A DNA stretch of 64,000 nucleotides from an uncultured Verrucomicrobiae bacterium (GCA_963762565.1 CAVXLD010000003.1:192001-256000); one strand, 5' to 3'; positions 31,469-45,593 are shown, counted from the first letter of the stretch. The notes: generated by a model not told the origin, from the letters alone. Translations and numbers: made by a program.

Positions 31469-32533
31469 ATGAAAATGGCGGAACGCACAAGAGGGGTGAC
31501 GGTGGCGTTTTTGGCAGCGGTGCTGTTTGGGGCGAGTACGCCTTTCAGCAAATGGCTGCTTGGCCAGATCAATCCGCTGTTGTTAGCTGGTCTCCTTTAT
31601 TTGGGTTCGGGCATCGGCTTGACCCTGTGGATTGGTTTTCAGCGCTTGATACTCAAGGCAAAGAGTCAGGAAGCACAATTAGGTTTCAAAGATTTGCCGT
31701 GGCTGGCAGCCGCGATTTTAGCCGGCGGCGTGGTTGCCCCGATTCTTTTGATGCAGGGATTGGCGGTTACTCCTGCGTCTTCTGCTTCGCTGCTGCTGAA
31801 CTTGGAAGGCGTGTTCACGGCGCTGCTGGCCTGGTTCGTTTTCAAGGAGAATTTCGACCAACGAATTATGCTGGGTATGGCGGCAATCCTTCTGGGTGGA
31901 GTCTTGCTATCCTGGCAATCGCGATCCGAGCTAGGCATACCCTGGGGCGCCATCGGCATCGTCGGCGCCTGTTTAGGCTGGGCTATCGATAACAATCTGA
32001 CTCGCAAAGTCTCCGCGGCCGACCCCGCGCAGGTGGCTTGTATTAAAGGGCTGGTTGCGGGTACCACAAACGTATTGTTAGCAGTTTCGATCGGCGCGCG
32101 ATTGCCTTCGACGATCGGGCTGGTTGCGGCGGGTCTGCTCGGGTTCTTAAGCTATGGTGTTAGTCTTACCTTTTTTGTATTAGCTCTCCGGCACATCGGC
32201 ACGGCCAGGACTGGCGCCTATTTTTCTACCGCGCCGTTCATCGGTGCTCTGTTGTCATTACTGATCCTGCATGAACACGTGTCGTTCCTTTTCTGGATTG
32301 CGGGCGGACTGATGGTCTTGGGCATTTGGCTTCATCTCACTGAACGCCATGTTCATTTACACCGTCATGACCCAATCACCCACGAGCATCTTCACTCGCA
32401 CGATGAGCATCATCAACACGCTCACTTACCGACGGATCCGCCGGGCGAACCGCATTCACATCAGCATCGGCATGAGGAGTTGACCCACGCACATCCGCAC
32501 TACCCGGATCTTCATCATCGCCATCAACATTGA
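31469..32533 (+). CDS. EamA/DMT transporter with His-rich C-terminal tail
   Basis: FGASTP..K, SLLLNLE, W.IDNNLTRK, GTARTGAYF; H-x-H-x-H tail ending PDLHHRHQH. Confidence 0.9.
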   Translation: MKMAERTRGVTVAFLAAVLFGASTPFSKWLLGQINPLLLAGLLYLGSGIGLTLWIGFQRLILKAKSQEAQLGFKDLPWLAAAILAGGVVAPILLMQGLAVTPASSASLLLNLEGVFTALLAWFVFKENFDQRIMLGMAAILLGGVLLSWQSRSELGIPWGAIGIVGACLGWAIDNNLTRKVSAADPAQVACIKGLVAGTTNVLLAVSIGARLPSTIGLVAAGLLGFLSYGVSLTFFVLALRHIGTARTGAYFSTAPFIGALLSLLILHEHVSFLFWIAGGLMVLGIWLHLTERHVHLHRHDPITHEHLHSHDEHHQHAHLPTDPPGEPHSHQHRHEELTHAHPHYPDLHHRHQH

Positions 32534-32706
32534 TTCAGGTCGGTTCGATTGGGGAAGGCTCGCTCGGAATTATAGCTCATCCGAATAAGTCTGGAAAACA
32601 TAAGCCTGGTTTGGATAACCTCCGTGGCTTGTGCGAGCTCGCCCTGTTTTCTAGGGATGCCCGCAAGCCAAGCCAATACAAACCCGACAACCAAAGAGCA
32701 AAGCAT

Positions 32707-33831
32707 ATGAAGTTCATTCAATGCACAGCCTTTTTCGCGATGGCCATACCGGCGTTTTTCGCCGTTTCATCTCAGGCCGAGGACCGTATTCCGGTGAAAG
32801 TCGTGGTCATTACTACCTTCCAAAACGGTAAAGACGACGATCCGACCGGGGGAGAACTCGGCAATTGGGTTCTCAACCTACCTTTGCGTGAGACTATTCC
32901 TTTCCCACAAGGTTACCACCACCTGCGTTACAACCCTGAGCTCCAAGTCCTCGGCATCGTCACTGGCGAAGGCAAATCCCATGCGGCGGCTTCAATCATG
33001 GGCCTGGGCATGGACCCACGGTTTGATCTCTCGAAGGCGTACTGGATTGTGGCCGCTATTGCCGGAGTCGATCCAAACAAAGGCAGCGTGGCCTCGACCG
33101 CTTGGGCCAAATTCGTTGTGGACGGTGATCTTGCCTATGAAATCGATGCCAGACAGATTCCAAGACGATGGTCTACCGGTTTCGTCCCATTGGGGCGTTC
33201 GAAACCTTATGGAAGGCCCTCCCAACCGTTCAATTCCAATGGTGTTCAGCAGGTTTTTCAGCTCAATGCCTCACTCGCCGATTGGGCATTCAAATTGACC
33301 AAAGACACCCAGTTGCCGGATGACCCCACTCTCCGAAAAGTCCGCGCTGGTTACCCGAGCTATCCCATTGCTCTGCTACCTCCTTTCGTGTTGGAGGGCG
33401 ACGATCTCGCTGCTGATACTTTCTGGATCGGCGACCTCTTGAATACGCGGGCCGAAAACTGGATTTCCTATTGGACCCTCAAAAAGGGCAGCTTCGCGAT
33501 GTCTGATTTTGAGGACGCCGGCGTGGGGCAAGCGCTCCAATTTCTGTCCCAAGTTGGCCGCGCCGACCAGAATCGTCTCCTGGTGCTTCGCAGCGCCAGC
33601 GACTACACCATTCAGCCTGAGGGTGAGACTCCGGCTGAGTTCCTGGCCAGTGATAATTCAGGCGGCTTGTCTGGTTTCGTGGAAGCGCTGAGCGACGTTT
33701 ATGAAATCGGCAGCATCGTCGTAAAAGAAATCAGTTCCAACTGGGACACCTACGCGGATCACACTCCCTCGCCGGCTTCGCTGCCAGCGGTGCCGATTGG
33801 CGCCAAGAACCAAGCAATCCTTAACCCTTAA
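32707..33831 (+). CDS. Purine nucleoside permease (NUP) family exported protein
   Basis: KVVVITTF, DPRFDLSKAYWIVAAIAGVDP, VLRSASDY. Confidence 0.82.
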   Translation: MKFIQCTAFFAMAIPAFFAVSSQAEDRIPVKVVVITTFQNGKDDDPTGGELGNWVLNLPLRETIPFPQGYHHLRYNPELQVLGIVTGEGKSHAAASIMGLGMDPRFDLSKAYWIVAAIAGVDPNKGSVASTAWAKFVVDGDLAYEIDARQIPRRWSTGFVPLGRSKPYGRPSQPFNSNGVQQVFQLNASLADWAFKLTKDTQLPDDPTLRKVRAGYPSYPIALLPPFVLEGDDLAADTFWIGDLLNTRAENWISYWTLKKGSFAMSDFEDAGVGQALQFLSQVGRADQNRLLVLRSASDYTIQPEGETPAEFLASDNSGGLSGFVEALSDVYEIGSIVVKEISSNWDTYADHTPSPASLPAVPIGAKNQAILNP

Positions 33832-33949
33832 CGACCCGGTGAGTCCGGAGAAAAAAACTTTCAATGTGGCAAGCACTGGAACTAAGAACCGAATTTGTTG
33901 ATTCTAAAGCCCGAAATTCTGTAATGACGTACTTGGTCTTTTTGAAAGA

Positions 33950-35311
33950 GTGTCTATCGCTTCTCACGTTCAGTCCGGGTGTTTTCGGATAAAGCCGTTT
34001 TGCTGCTTGCTTTCACTTGCTATTGCCTATGCTGTGTGTGCATTCGGGTCGCAGCCGCAAGAGTCAGGCGAGTCCATCACTTTGGCACGTGCCTTAGCCT
34101 TAACACTGGAACGTAGTCCACAGTTGGCTGCTTTCTCTTGGGACATCCGGGCCGCCGAAGCACGCATCCTTCAGGCTAAGCTTGTCCCGAACCCCGAGAT
34201 CAGTTGGGACGGCGAGGATTTTACGAGGGCTGGGGTACAGTCGGCTACTGAGAGCATGCAGAACACGCTTGTGCTTAGCCAACTGATCGAACTCGGAGGA
34301 AAGAGAGGCTCGCGCGTTAGGGAGGCGCGGTTGGATCGCCGGGCGGCGGAATGGGATTATCAGGTAAAGCGATTGGATGTTCTCAAAGCAACTAGTCTCG
34401 CCTTCATCGACGTGCTAAGCGGGCAACGAAAGGTCAGTTTGGCCGAGGAGAACGTTCAGCTAGCCGAACGAGAAATACCTGTAACCCAAAAAAGGGTCGA
34501 AGCGGGGCAAGCATCGAGCGTTGAACTGATCCGAACAAATACGGAGGTAGCAAAGGCTCGGATTGAGCTGACAGAGGCCACCCACGATTTGGAGGCAGCC
34601 CGTGTGAATCTGGCAGCTCAATGGGGGGCAAAGAAGGCAACCTTCGCGAGGGTATCAGGAAATCTGGAACAATTGAGACCGATTCCTTCCCTAGAATCCC
34701 TGAAGGCGAAGCTGCAAGCGAATCCGGAGCTAGCGAAATGGGCGACGGAACGCCAAAAACGTGAGGCTACTCTGAATCTTGCTCGCGCAGAAGCAAAGCC
34801 GGATCTGACGGTAAATGCTGGTCCTCGTTTGCTTGGAGCAAATCATGCAGATATGTCGGTGGTAGCCGGATTCTCAATTCCGCTGCCGCTTTGGAATCAA
34901 AATCAAGGGAAAATCGCAGAGGCAGAGGCAAACGTTGCAAAGACCAGTGACGAACGGGCGACCGCTGAGGCCGAAGCATACGCTGAGCTCAATGAAGCTT
35001 ACCAGACCTTACAGCGGGCCGCAGAAGAAGTCCGTATTCTCCGCGACACGGTGTTGCCGGGGGCCAAAAGCGTGGTTGAGCAAACTACAGAGGGATATGC
35101 GACGGGTCGCTTTAGCCAGCTAGATGTCCTCGATGCTCAGAAGAGCTATATTGAAACGCGCACCCAGTACGTTCGAGCCCTCTCGGATTTCCAGAAAGCG
35201 GCCTCTCAAATCGATGCGCTTACGGCGGGACCGGTGGAGTTGCCATCTAATGGAACGGTATCAATAACCTACCCCGGAAAGGGACAGAAAAAGACAAAGT
35301 CGGCGCCGTAG
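33950..35311 (+). CDS. czcC: TolC-family outer membrane protein, CzcC-like
   Basis: PNPEI, SQLIELGGKR, SIPLPLWNQNQG, LDVLDAQ. Confidence 0.85.
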   Translation: MSIASHVQSGCFRIKPFCCLLSLAIAYAVCAFGSQPQESGESITLARALALTLERSPQLAAFSWDIRAAEARILQAKLVPNPEISWDGEDFTRAGVQSATESMQNTLVLSQLIELGGKRGSRVREARLDRRAAEWDYQVKRLDVLKATSLAFIDVLSGQRKVSLAEENVQLAEREIPVTQKRVEAGQASSVELIRTNTEVAKARIELTEATHDLEAARVNLAAQWGAKKATFARVSGNLEQLRPIPSLESLKAKLQANPELAKWATERQKREATLNLARAEAKPDLTVNAGPRLLGANHADMSVVAGFSIPLPLWNQNQGKIAEAEANVAKTSDERATAEAEAYAELNEAYQTLQRAAEEVRILRDTVLPGAKSVVEQTTEGYATGRFSQLDVLDAQKSYIETRTQYVRALSDFQKAASQIDALTAGPVELPSNGTVSITYPGKGQKKTKSAP

Positions 35312-35331
35312 GGGTGTGCTGGAATTTACCC

Positions 35332-35546
35332 GCCGCGGCGGGTAGCAGAGATTAGCCCAGGGTTTTAACCCTGGGTTGGGAGGTTTCGAGATTCGCCCTG
35401 AAAGCGGCGGCCGAGAGGCTTATTCAGGCGCTTATGCGTCGATTTTATCGGTGGTGCCAACCTCGGGTGCCGCTTTCAGGGCACCTCTCTAACCAAGCGA
35501 ACCCAGGGCTGAAGCCCTGGGCTATAGTCTTAAGCCGCTTCGCGGC
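35332..35546. repeat. REP-like family F multi-hairpin element
   Basis: AGCCCAGGGTTTTAACCCTGGG / CCCAGGGCTGAAGCCCTGGGCT and GCCCTGAAAGCGGC / GCCGCTTTCAGGGC. Confidence 0.8.
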
Positions 35547-35566
35547 ACTTCGATACACGCCTGTGC

Positions 35567-36325
35567 TTAAAAGTACGCTCCTGACTGAATGCGGACTCGG
35601 AACGAGTCCATAAAGTCATGCATGGCTTGATCGCTTAACTTGGAAACCAGAACGTAGTTACACTGCGCATTACTCCAAGTGGAGACCCGGTAACCGTCAA
35701 TTGATCGCTCGCTTGTGGACAAGTGTTCCTTATCTGGCGGCCAGCAGAACAAGCTGACAACATTGTTGTCATGTTTGTAAATGACGGTCGCGACTGAGCG
35801 ATTTTCAATTTCATCCACCCGCCCTCCAATAAGGGAATACCCGGAAGCCGGCGAACCGACCAGCGGCGGAGCGAAATCGAGTCTCGCAGTTAGCCATGGC
35901 TTGACAACCACCGGATTCGGCGAAGCGACATCTACCAAATGAGACGTGGAAAGCGAGCGGGAATGAAGCAAAACCGCTTCTCTTGAAAGCTCTTTCTCAG
36001 CGTCCGGGAAAAGTATTCTCAAAGCCAGCCAGACGCTGATTGCCACCACCGCGGTGGCATAGATCCACGGCTGCCGCCTGAAGGAAAACTTTTCCTTCGC
36101 CGGCCTAGGCCGGATCGCAGCCAAAACCCTCGCCTCCAGTTGAGGGGGCGCTTTATACTGGCTGAGGGCGGTGACGAAGAAGGCTCTAAATGCCCGGCGT
36201 TCTTCTAAGAGAGACCGACACGATTGGCAGTTGACCAAATGCTGCTCCAGCTCTTCCTCTCGGACAAACTCGAGTTCGCCGTCCAAGTAGGCATCTATGA
36301 AGTGATTGATTTCTTCGCACTTCAT
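35567..36325 (-). CDS. Membrane anti-sigma factor with zf-HC2 domain
   Basis: MKC..AYLDGEL..HLVNCQSC; TM; HLVDVAS..VKPW...LDFAPP. Confidence 0.88.
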   Translation of the reverse strand: MKCEEINHFIDAYLDGELEFVREEELEQHLVNCQSCRSLLEERRAFRAFFVTALSQYKAPPQLEARVLAAIRPRPAKEKFSFRRQPWIYATAVVAISVWLALRILFPDAEKELSREAVLLHSRSLSTSHLVDVASPNPVVVKPWLTARLDFAPPLVGSPASGYSLIGGRVDEIENRSVATVIYKHDNNVVSLFCWPPDKEHLSTSERSIDGYRVSTWSNAQCNYVLVSKLSDQAMHDFMDSFRVRIQSGAYF

Positions 36326-36326
36326 T

Positions 36327-36842
36327 TCATGATTCCCTGGGTTGAACTTTCGCGATTTCTTCGCGCAGCTGTAGGCGGGCCCGACTTAACCGGGACATGA
36401 CCGTCCCTGGCGGCAGGTTCAGCGCTGATGCTAATTCCTTGTACGACCACCCTTCGATATCACGGAGCACCAATATTTCCCGAAACTCGACTGGCAGCTT
36501 GGCCAATGCCTCATGGAGCTGGCGGACCCGCTCTTCGTAGGACGACTCGGGAAGTGACTCCTGGGTCGGTGGCTGATGAACTGTTTCGTCGAACGGGACT
36601 AAATTGTTGTCGGCGTGATGTCTCTTGAGCCAAGTAAATGCCGTGTTTCGGACGATCATGAGTATCCACGCTCGAGCATTGCCTCCGCGAAATCCTTCGA
36701 AAGCCTTTAGAGCTTTGATGTAGGCGTCCTGAACAATATCCTGCGCGTCTTCATCGCGTTTGACCAACAGTCGTGCGAGCCGATAGGCGGCATCCAAGTG
36801 AGGCAGAACCAATTCTTCAAATCGTGCCTGTTGTTCTCTCAC
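36327..36842 (-). CDS. ECF sigma-70 factor
   Basis: PHLDAAYRLAR, DAQDIVQDAY, RAWILMIVRN, GTVMSRLSRAR. Confidence 0.92.
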   Translation of the reverse strand: MREQQARFEELVLPHLDAAYRLARLLVKRDEDAQDIVQDAYIKALKAFEGFRGGNARAWILMIVRNTAFTWLKRHHADNNLVPFDETVHQPPTQESLPESSYEERVRQLHEALAKLPVEFREILVLRDIEGWSYKELASALNLPPGTVMSRLSRARLQLREEIAKVQPRES

Positions 36843-36849
36843 TTAGAAT

Positions 36850-36875
36850 TGACCATTTATTCTTGGTTTTATTCC
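36850..36875 (-). promoter_or_regulatory. Putative autoregulated ECF promoter
   Basis: GGAATAA-N15-GTCA, 7 nt before the GTG start. Confidence 0.7.
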
Positions 36876-36960
36876 GACAGGTTCGTTCTCTGCTATCCTC
36901 AAATCTAACCAAGTAATGCGTTTGGACGTCTCAAAAGTAACCGGTAGACTGTTTTCGCAC

Positions 36961-37959
36961 ATGAACAAGCAGGTTCTCTTGCTTCCAGTCTTAGTCGGAC
37001 TTTTGCAATTCGCCGGCTGGCGAACCCGGGCAGCGGAGCAGCGCCCAGAGATGGCCGAAATGCAAGCGAACTCTGCCGAAAAAGATAAAGACGAGCGCAA
37101 AGCTGGCGGAACCAATATTAGAGAAGGGCCAGAACCGAACGAACTTGGGCGCGTTGAACTGAGTGAGAAGCAAGCCAAGAACGCGAAGTTGGATGTGGAG
37201 GTAGCCGGCCCGGCCAAGATCAATGTGTCGCTGGAATTAACCGGCAAAATCACCTTTAACGAGGATGCGATGGCGAATGTATCTGCGCGTTATCCCGGCG
37301 TCGTCAAGGCGGTGTACAAGGGCCTGGGCGACCGGGTGCAAAAAGGTGAAGCGCTGGCCTTGATTGAAAGCAGCGAAAGCCTGCGCGACTATCAGGTGAA
37401 TTCAGACATTTCCGGAACGATCATAAAAAAAGAGGTCACGATTGGCGAGCTCGCGCGAGATGATAAACCGATCTTCATGGTGGCTGATCTCAGCACGGTC
37501 TGGGTCGATTTCAGCGTTTTCCCGCGGGATTCCAAGCGTGTGAAACTGGGCCAGGTTGTTCAGATTGATTACGCGGACAATCTTAGTACCAGAAGTAAAA
37601 TCAGTTATATCGCGCCTTTTGGATCTGAAAATACGCAGTCGACGTTGGCACGAGCTGTTGTCCCAAATCCGGACGGGCTGCTCCGACCAGGATTGTTCGT
37701 GACTGGCGAACTCTTTGTCGAAGAAATCGAGGCGCCGGTCGCGGTGCGGCCAAGTGCGATTCAGAACGTCAATGAAAAGACGGTGATCTTTACCGCGGAA
37801 GGCGTTGTGTTCGAAGCGCGAGAGGTTGAGCTCGGTACAAACGACGGCAGTTACGTACAGGTGTTATCGGGCCTGAACGCCGGCGATCGTTACGTTGCCG
37901 GAAATAGCTTTCTGCTCAAGGCAGAGCTCGGCAAGAGTGAGGTTCAGGACTCGGACTGA
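36961..37959 (+). CDS. czcB: RND periplasmic adaptor, CzcB-like
   Basis: G.V..V...LGDRV.KG, ADLSTVWV, PNPDGLLRPGLFV, SFLLKAEL. Confidence 0.85.
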   Translation: MNKQVLLLPVLVGLLQFAGWRTRAAEQRPEMAEMQANSAEKDKDERKAGGTNIREGPEPNELGRVELSEKQAKNAKLDVEVAGPAKINVSLELTGKITFNEDAMANVSARYPGVVKAVYKGLGDRVQKGEALALIESSESLRDYQVNSDISGTIIKKEVTIGELARDDKPIFMVADLSTVWVDFSVFPRDSKRVKLGQVVQIDYADNLSTRSKISYIAPFGSENTQSTLARAVVPNPDGLLRPGLFVTGELFVEEIEAPVAVRPSAIQNVNEKTVIFTAEGVVFEAREVELGTNDGSYVQVLSGLNAGDRYVAGNSFLLKAELGKSEVQDSD

Positions 37960-38007
37960 GCGCGATGCCGGTTGGTTTGCAACTGTCTATTAGTGAGGTC
38001 TCAAGTC

Positions 38008-41173
<3,166 letters not shown>

Positions 41174-41376
41174 TAGGTGAGAAGTGATTAGTGATTGGTG
41201 ATTGGTAGGTCGACGCGCCAGAAAGATCCAGCGATCCCGGCACCCTGTCGAGACCGAGCTATGCCGTATACAGCTCAGCACTTGTCAGAAAGGTGCTTCC
41301 TGTCGAGTTATTGGTAAAACCGCAAGCTGCCAGAGCTTGTTCGGTGCAAGACGTTGGCGTTTCGGTCTAACCGATG

Positions 41377-42498
41377 CTATTTTGGAGTTAACACGACGGC
41401 GCGTTGTACACCGCTCGAATTTTTCGCGTTGCAGAGGATCTGACCGAGATCATTGATTCCGACAGCATCGGTGATGGTAAAGCCGGAGTTGGAGGAAACG
41501 AGCGTGTCCAGGTCAACCAACCCGCCGTTACTATAGATAAAGGCAACGTGCTTCCCTGGCCTGAAAGGATGATAGCTCTGAACCGGAAAGAAAGCGGTCC
41601 CGACAACCTGTGCCGAGCTGTTGACTCCGGTGGCCAAGTTCCCCGAGGTTGCCCCAGGAAAAGCTCCTAAGTCAACCCACTTTCCGTTGTTGTATACGGC
41701 GGCATGGGTGGGTCCGCTTGCGAAAAAAAAGAGCGCCGGCGATTAGTTTGCCGGTGCTATCAATAGCGTCGGCCTCGATCCGTTCGTGCTCGCGGGGAAG
41801 CCCAATGAGATCATCTTCCCGTTCGAATATAGGAAAGCCACAGTACTCGTACCACTGGTGCCGACGATCTGCCCTACATCGTTGATCGCGGAAGGCCAAT
41901 CCGGAAAGCCTAAATCGGTCATGTGTCCACCCGCGTACAAAAAAGTGTGATAGCTGTAGTTGGTTACCCAACCTACGCCTACCACCGTCCCCGAGCTATT
42001 TATTCCAGTGGGCTGAGTGCCTGAAGGAAATAGAGAGTCCGATTGGATGTCCGTCATGCTTCCGTTGCTGTACACAAAGGCTCGGAAAGTAGGGCTCGGA
42101 TTCGAATAAAAGATGTTATAGCCTGTCGCTTGGCCGGAGCCGCTGATTGCAGTGGCGACGGAAACGCTGGCGTTCAGCGTATTCATATTCGTGGCCTTAC
42201 CGTTGCTGAACAAAGTCGCGATCGCCGCACCACTGTCCGATGTACCCACTGCCTGACCGAGATTGTTGAGGCCATAGGCCTTTGTCGTCGTGTTCCCTGG
42301 CAGCGCTCCTAAATCGGCGATGGTATAGGTTTGTGCGTGCAAATGGATAGAGCTTTCTACCCAAACAAGTAAGATAGGCAGAAGGCGGAGACTCAGCCTT
42401 CTTAAACCAACCATAGACCGCATTCGTCGGCTCGATTTAGCCGACGACAAAAGATACGCCGCACAGAGGGAAAAACGGGGGGTATTTCCAGTCTTCAT
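41377..42498 (-). CDS. Secreted HAF-repeat protein, copy 1, with two compensating indels near 41720-41780
   Basis: Both ORF pieces are in one frame; intervening segment AIDSTGKLIAG is in another. Confidence 0.75.
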
Positions 42499-42566
42499 AA
42501 TAACTTTCGCCAGTTATTAGCGCCTGATGCTTCTCGAAGCGTGGAGACGGTTCGCTCCACTACTTA

Positions 42567-42592
42567 AGACTGAGAAATCTGCTGATTATTTC
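42567..42592 (-). promoter_or_regulatory. Putative ECF promoter
   Basis: GAAATAA-N15-GTCT. Confidence 0.6.
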
Positions 42593-42719
42593 AAAAAACT
42601 ATTGAAATGTTTGAAGTTTTTGAGTGGCCGGGATCCACTGCACTTAGTCTCGGATCCGATCTGTGAACTTATCGAGGTCACGATCACTTAATGTGTATAC
42701 GGCCACAATCAGTTTTCCG

Positions 42720-42745
42720 GGAATAAGCATGCAGGCCTGTAGTCT
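42720..42745 (+). promoter_or_regulatory. Putative ECF promoter
   Basis: GGAATAA-N15-GTCT. Confidence 0.65.
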
Positions 42746-42841
42746 TCCTTGGTGAAGCGATCGAATTATCTAGCTCGGCTTAAAATCGCCTCCCCGGGTT
42801 GAAATCGCCTCCCCCTCTTTTGAAGAAACCTAACAGAACCT

Positions 42842-44053
42842 ATGAGCACATCAGACAAGCATTCTGTGACCTCTTCGTCACAGCTCCCGTCACTTGACGG
42901 CTTTGGCGGAAATCAAGCGGCCAGTCACGGCTTAAAACGTCGTTCATTTCTTAAGGGGTTCGGCGCCACGAGCGCCCTATTGCTACCCATGACAGCGATG
43001 TTGGCCAACCGGGCCAAAGGAGCCAGTACCAATGCAAGCGGACCTATATCAAGCGGCGATGCAGCGATTTTAACTTTTTTAGGTGCCGCCGAGATTCTGG
43101 AAAGCGATCTTTGGATCCAGTATTGGGAGTTGGGAGGAACGCAAGACAATGAGTTTGCGAGAATGACAGGCGGGAATCCCTTTTACACCGACGCTTTGGG
43201 CATTCTGGACAGTGATATGGCCCAATACGTCCATGACAACACAGACGACGAGATCACTCATGCCGCCTTTATCCGCGCCTACTTAGCATCGAGAGGGGCC
43301 TCCACGGCCGATCTCGATCTATTAAATGGGCATACCTTCCGTACGCTTAAAGGGAGTACAGCCCAGGGGTCGTCAGGAAAGTTACGACTCACGAACCTGA
43401 CCGCGCTCAATGTAGACACGAGCTTTTGGACACGTTATCGCAGCGACGCTAGGAATCCTGATCTTGATCCTGGATTTAAGTTTGGCCAAGCTCAAAACCG
43501 GCCGCAGGGAATTAAGAATCGGACAGCGATTCCCCGAACCGACGCAGATACAGCAGGAAGTAGCATTGGCAACCCGACTACACACCTGAAAGCAATTGCG
43601 TTCACGGCTGGGTTTCATTTTGCTACAATTGAGCAGGGCGGTACCAGTCTCTACCCTTCGTTGGCCCAACGCGTGCAGGATCCTGAGGTGTTACGGGTCG
43701 TACTGAGTATAGGTCCGACTGAAGCAATGCATTTCCAGACTTGGCAAGACAAAGCAGGTAACGCAACTCCGCTGACTAATACGGATCCGATCACGGGATC
43801 GGTAGTAACCTTTGTTGATCTTACAACAAACCAGCCACAATCACTGCAGGGGAACCTGATAATGCCGGAGCCCTGCCCATTCCTGAGTTCAAGCTTACCG
43901 ATTTGCTCCATTGTCCGTCCGACAGAGACACAAGGGGCCGCCACCGGGGCAATGAATTTCCTAACTGCAATGAACCTTTTCGCCGGCCAAAGCGGACAGT
44001 TCTTTGAACTGTTAGCTCAGATGGCAACCGACGCAGACGCCGCAAATGGTTAG
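42842..44053 (+). CDS. Tat-exported ferritin-like domain protein
   Basis: KRRSFLK signal; AAEILE, DDEITH, IEQGG, TEAMH di-metal-type motifs. Confidence 0.82.
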   Translation: MSTSDKHSVTSSSQLPSLDGFGGNQAASHGLKRRSFLKGFGATSALLLPMTAMLANRAKGASTNASGPISSGDAAILTFLGAAEILESDLWIQYWELGGTQDNEFARMTGGNPFYTDALGILDSDMAQYVHDNTDDEITHAAFIRAYLASRGASTADLDLLNGHTFRTLKGSTAQGSSGKLRLTNLTALNVDTSFWTRYRSDARNPDLDPGFKFGQAQNRPQGIKNRTAIPRTDADTAGSSIGNPTTHLKAIAFTAGFHFATIEQGGTSLYPSLAQRVQDPEVLRVVLSIGPTEAMHFQTWQDKAGNATPLTNTDPITGSVVTFVDLTTNQPQSLQGNLIMPEPCPFLSSSLPICSIVRPTETQGAATGAMNFLTAMNLFAGQSGQFFELLAQMATDADAANG

Positions 44054-44118
44054 TTCGTACTTTAAGAGCAACGACAGCTAAAGAATTTCAGGACGTTTTC
44101 TAGCTGGTCACACAGCGG

Positions 44119-44152
44119 GCCTATCCTAGCCCTCGATAGGGGCGGGATAGGC
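44119..44152. terminator. Hairpin after the ferritin-like gene
   Basis: GCCTATCC..GCCCT-CGAT-AGGGGC.GGATAGGC; no U tract. Confidence 0.4.
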
Positions 44153-44194
44153 GCCTCCGCGGCGCCAGTCAAACGAGAAAATTTAAGTTGTTTG

Positions 44195-44220
44195 GAAATA
44201 ATCCGCGTATCTCGCGGTCT
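44195..44220 (+). promoter_or_regulatory. Putative ECF promoter with no downstream ORF
   Basis: GAAATAA-N15-GTCT. Confidence 0.55.
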
Positions 44221-44375
44221 TTAGTCGAAATCACATAGCCTATCCTGCCGCAAAAGGGGGCCGGTCAGGGACCGGCCCTCAGCTATTTCGGAGATGCGCG
44301 GGCCACCTACCTTTGGACCCACGATGTCTTTTGCTAGATTTTACGAGCGCAAGACGGTGATCTCGGTCTATCGCA

Positions 44376-45499
44376 TTATTTCGGAGTCAACATGACGGCG
44401 CGTTTGGCACCGCTCGAATTTGTCGCGTTGCAGAGGATCTGACCAGGATCATTGGTGCCGAGTGCATCGGTGATGGTAAACCCGGAGTTAGTGGGGATCA
44501 GCGTATTTAGGTCGACCAAAGTGTGGTTACTGTAGATAAACCCAACGTGCTTGCCAGGTTTGAATGGATGATAACTCTTAACCGGAAATATGGCGGTACC
44601 GACAACCTGGGCGTAACTGTTCACTCCTCTGGCCGAGGTGCCCAAGGCCCCCGGGAACGCTCCCAGGTCTACCCATCTGCCGTTCTTGTGTAGGGCGGCA
44701 TGCGACGTTGCGCCGATATAAATGGCGCGGGGCGATTAGCTTACCGGTGCTATCAATAGCAAAAGCGCTAGAGCGCAGACGCGCCAACGGGGAAGCCCAA
44801 TGAGGTCATCTTCCCATTAAAATACCGGAAAGCCCCAGCGGTTGTGCCATTGCCGACGATCTGCCCCGCATCGTTGATCGCAGCAGCCGAAGCCTGATAC
44901 CCGCCACCCAAATCGATCATGTTTCCGCCGGTGTACAAGAAGGCGTGAAAACTAGAGCTATTCACCCAGCCTTGGCCTACTACCATTCCAGAGCTATTTA
45001 TTCCCCAGGCCTGAGTGCCCGAAGGGAACAATGAGTCCGATTGGATATCGGTCATACTGCCGTTGCTATACAAAAAAGCTCGAAAGATAGGATTCGGATC
45101 CGAATCAAAGATGTTATAGCCGGCTGCTTCGCTGGAACTGCCAATTGATGTGGCGACAGAAGCGCTTGCGTTAAGCGTGTTCATATTCGTGACCGTTCCG
45201 TTGCTGAACAAGGTCGCGGTCGCAGCACCGCTATCCGATGTGCCCACGGCCTGTCCAAGACTGTTGAGGCCATAAGCATTAGTCGTGGTGTTTCTTGGCA
45301 GCGCTCCTAAATCGGTTATCGTAAAGCTTTGTGCATGCAAAGGGATAGGGCTTTCCAACCAAACAAGTAAGATAGGCAAAACGAGGAGGCTCAACCTTTT
45401 CAAACTAACCGTTGGTTGAATTCGGCTATCGCTGGATTTAGCCGACGAGAGAACAGACGCCCGACAGGGTGTGTGACGGGGGGTATCGACAGTCTTCAG
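44376..45499 (-). CDS. Secreted HAF-repeat protein, copy 2, with indels near 44730-44775
   Basis: Collinear paralog of copy 1; start inferred by alignment (CTG opposite ATG). Confidence 0.72.
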
Positions 45500-45567
45500 A
45501 ATAGCTTTGCTGATTGCTGGAGCTGGACTGCTGCTCGAACCGTGGTTACGGTTCGCTCCGTCACTGA

Positions 45568-45593
45568 AGACCACGGAATACGCTGATTATTCC
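45568..45593 (-). promoter_or_regulatory. Putative ECF promoter
   Basis: GGAATAA-N15-GTCT. Confidence 0.65.

Noticed and set aside
32582..32607. Sixth ECF promoter (CGAATAA-N15-GCCT) before the NUP gene
   Set aside because: Mismatches in both elements; too weak to count
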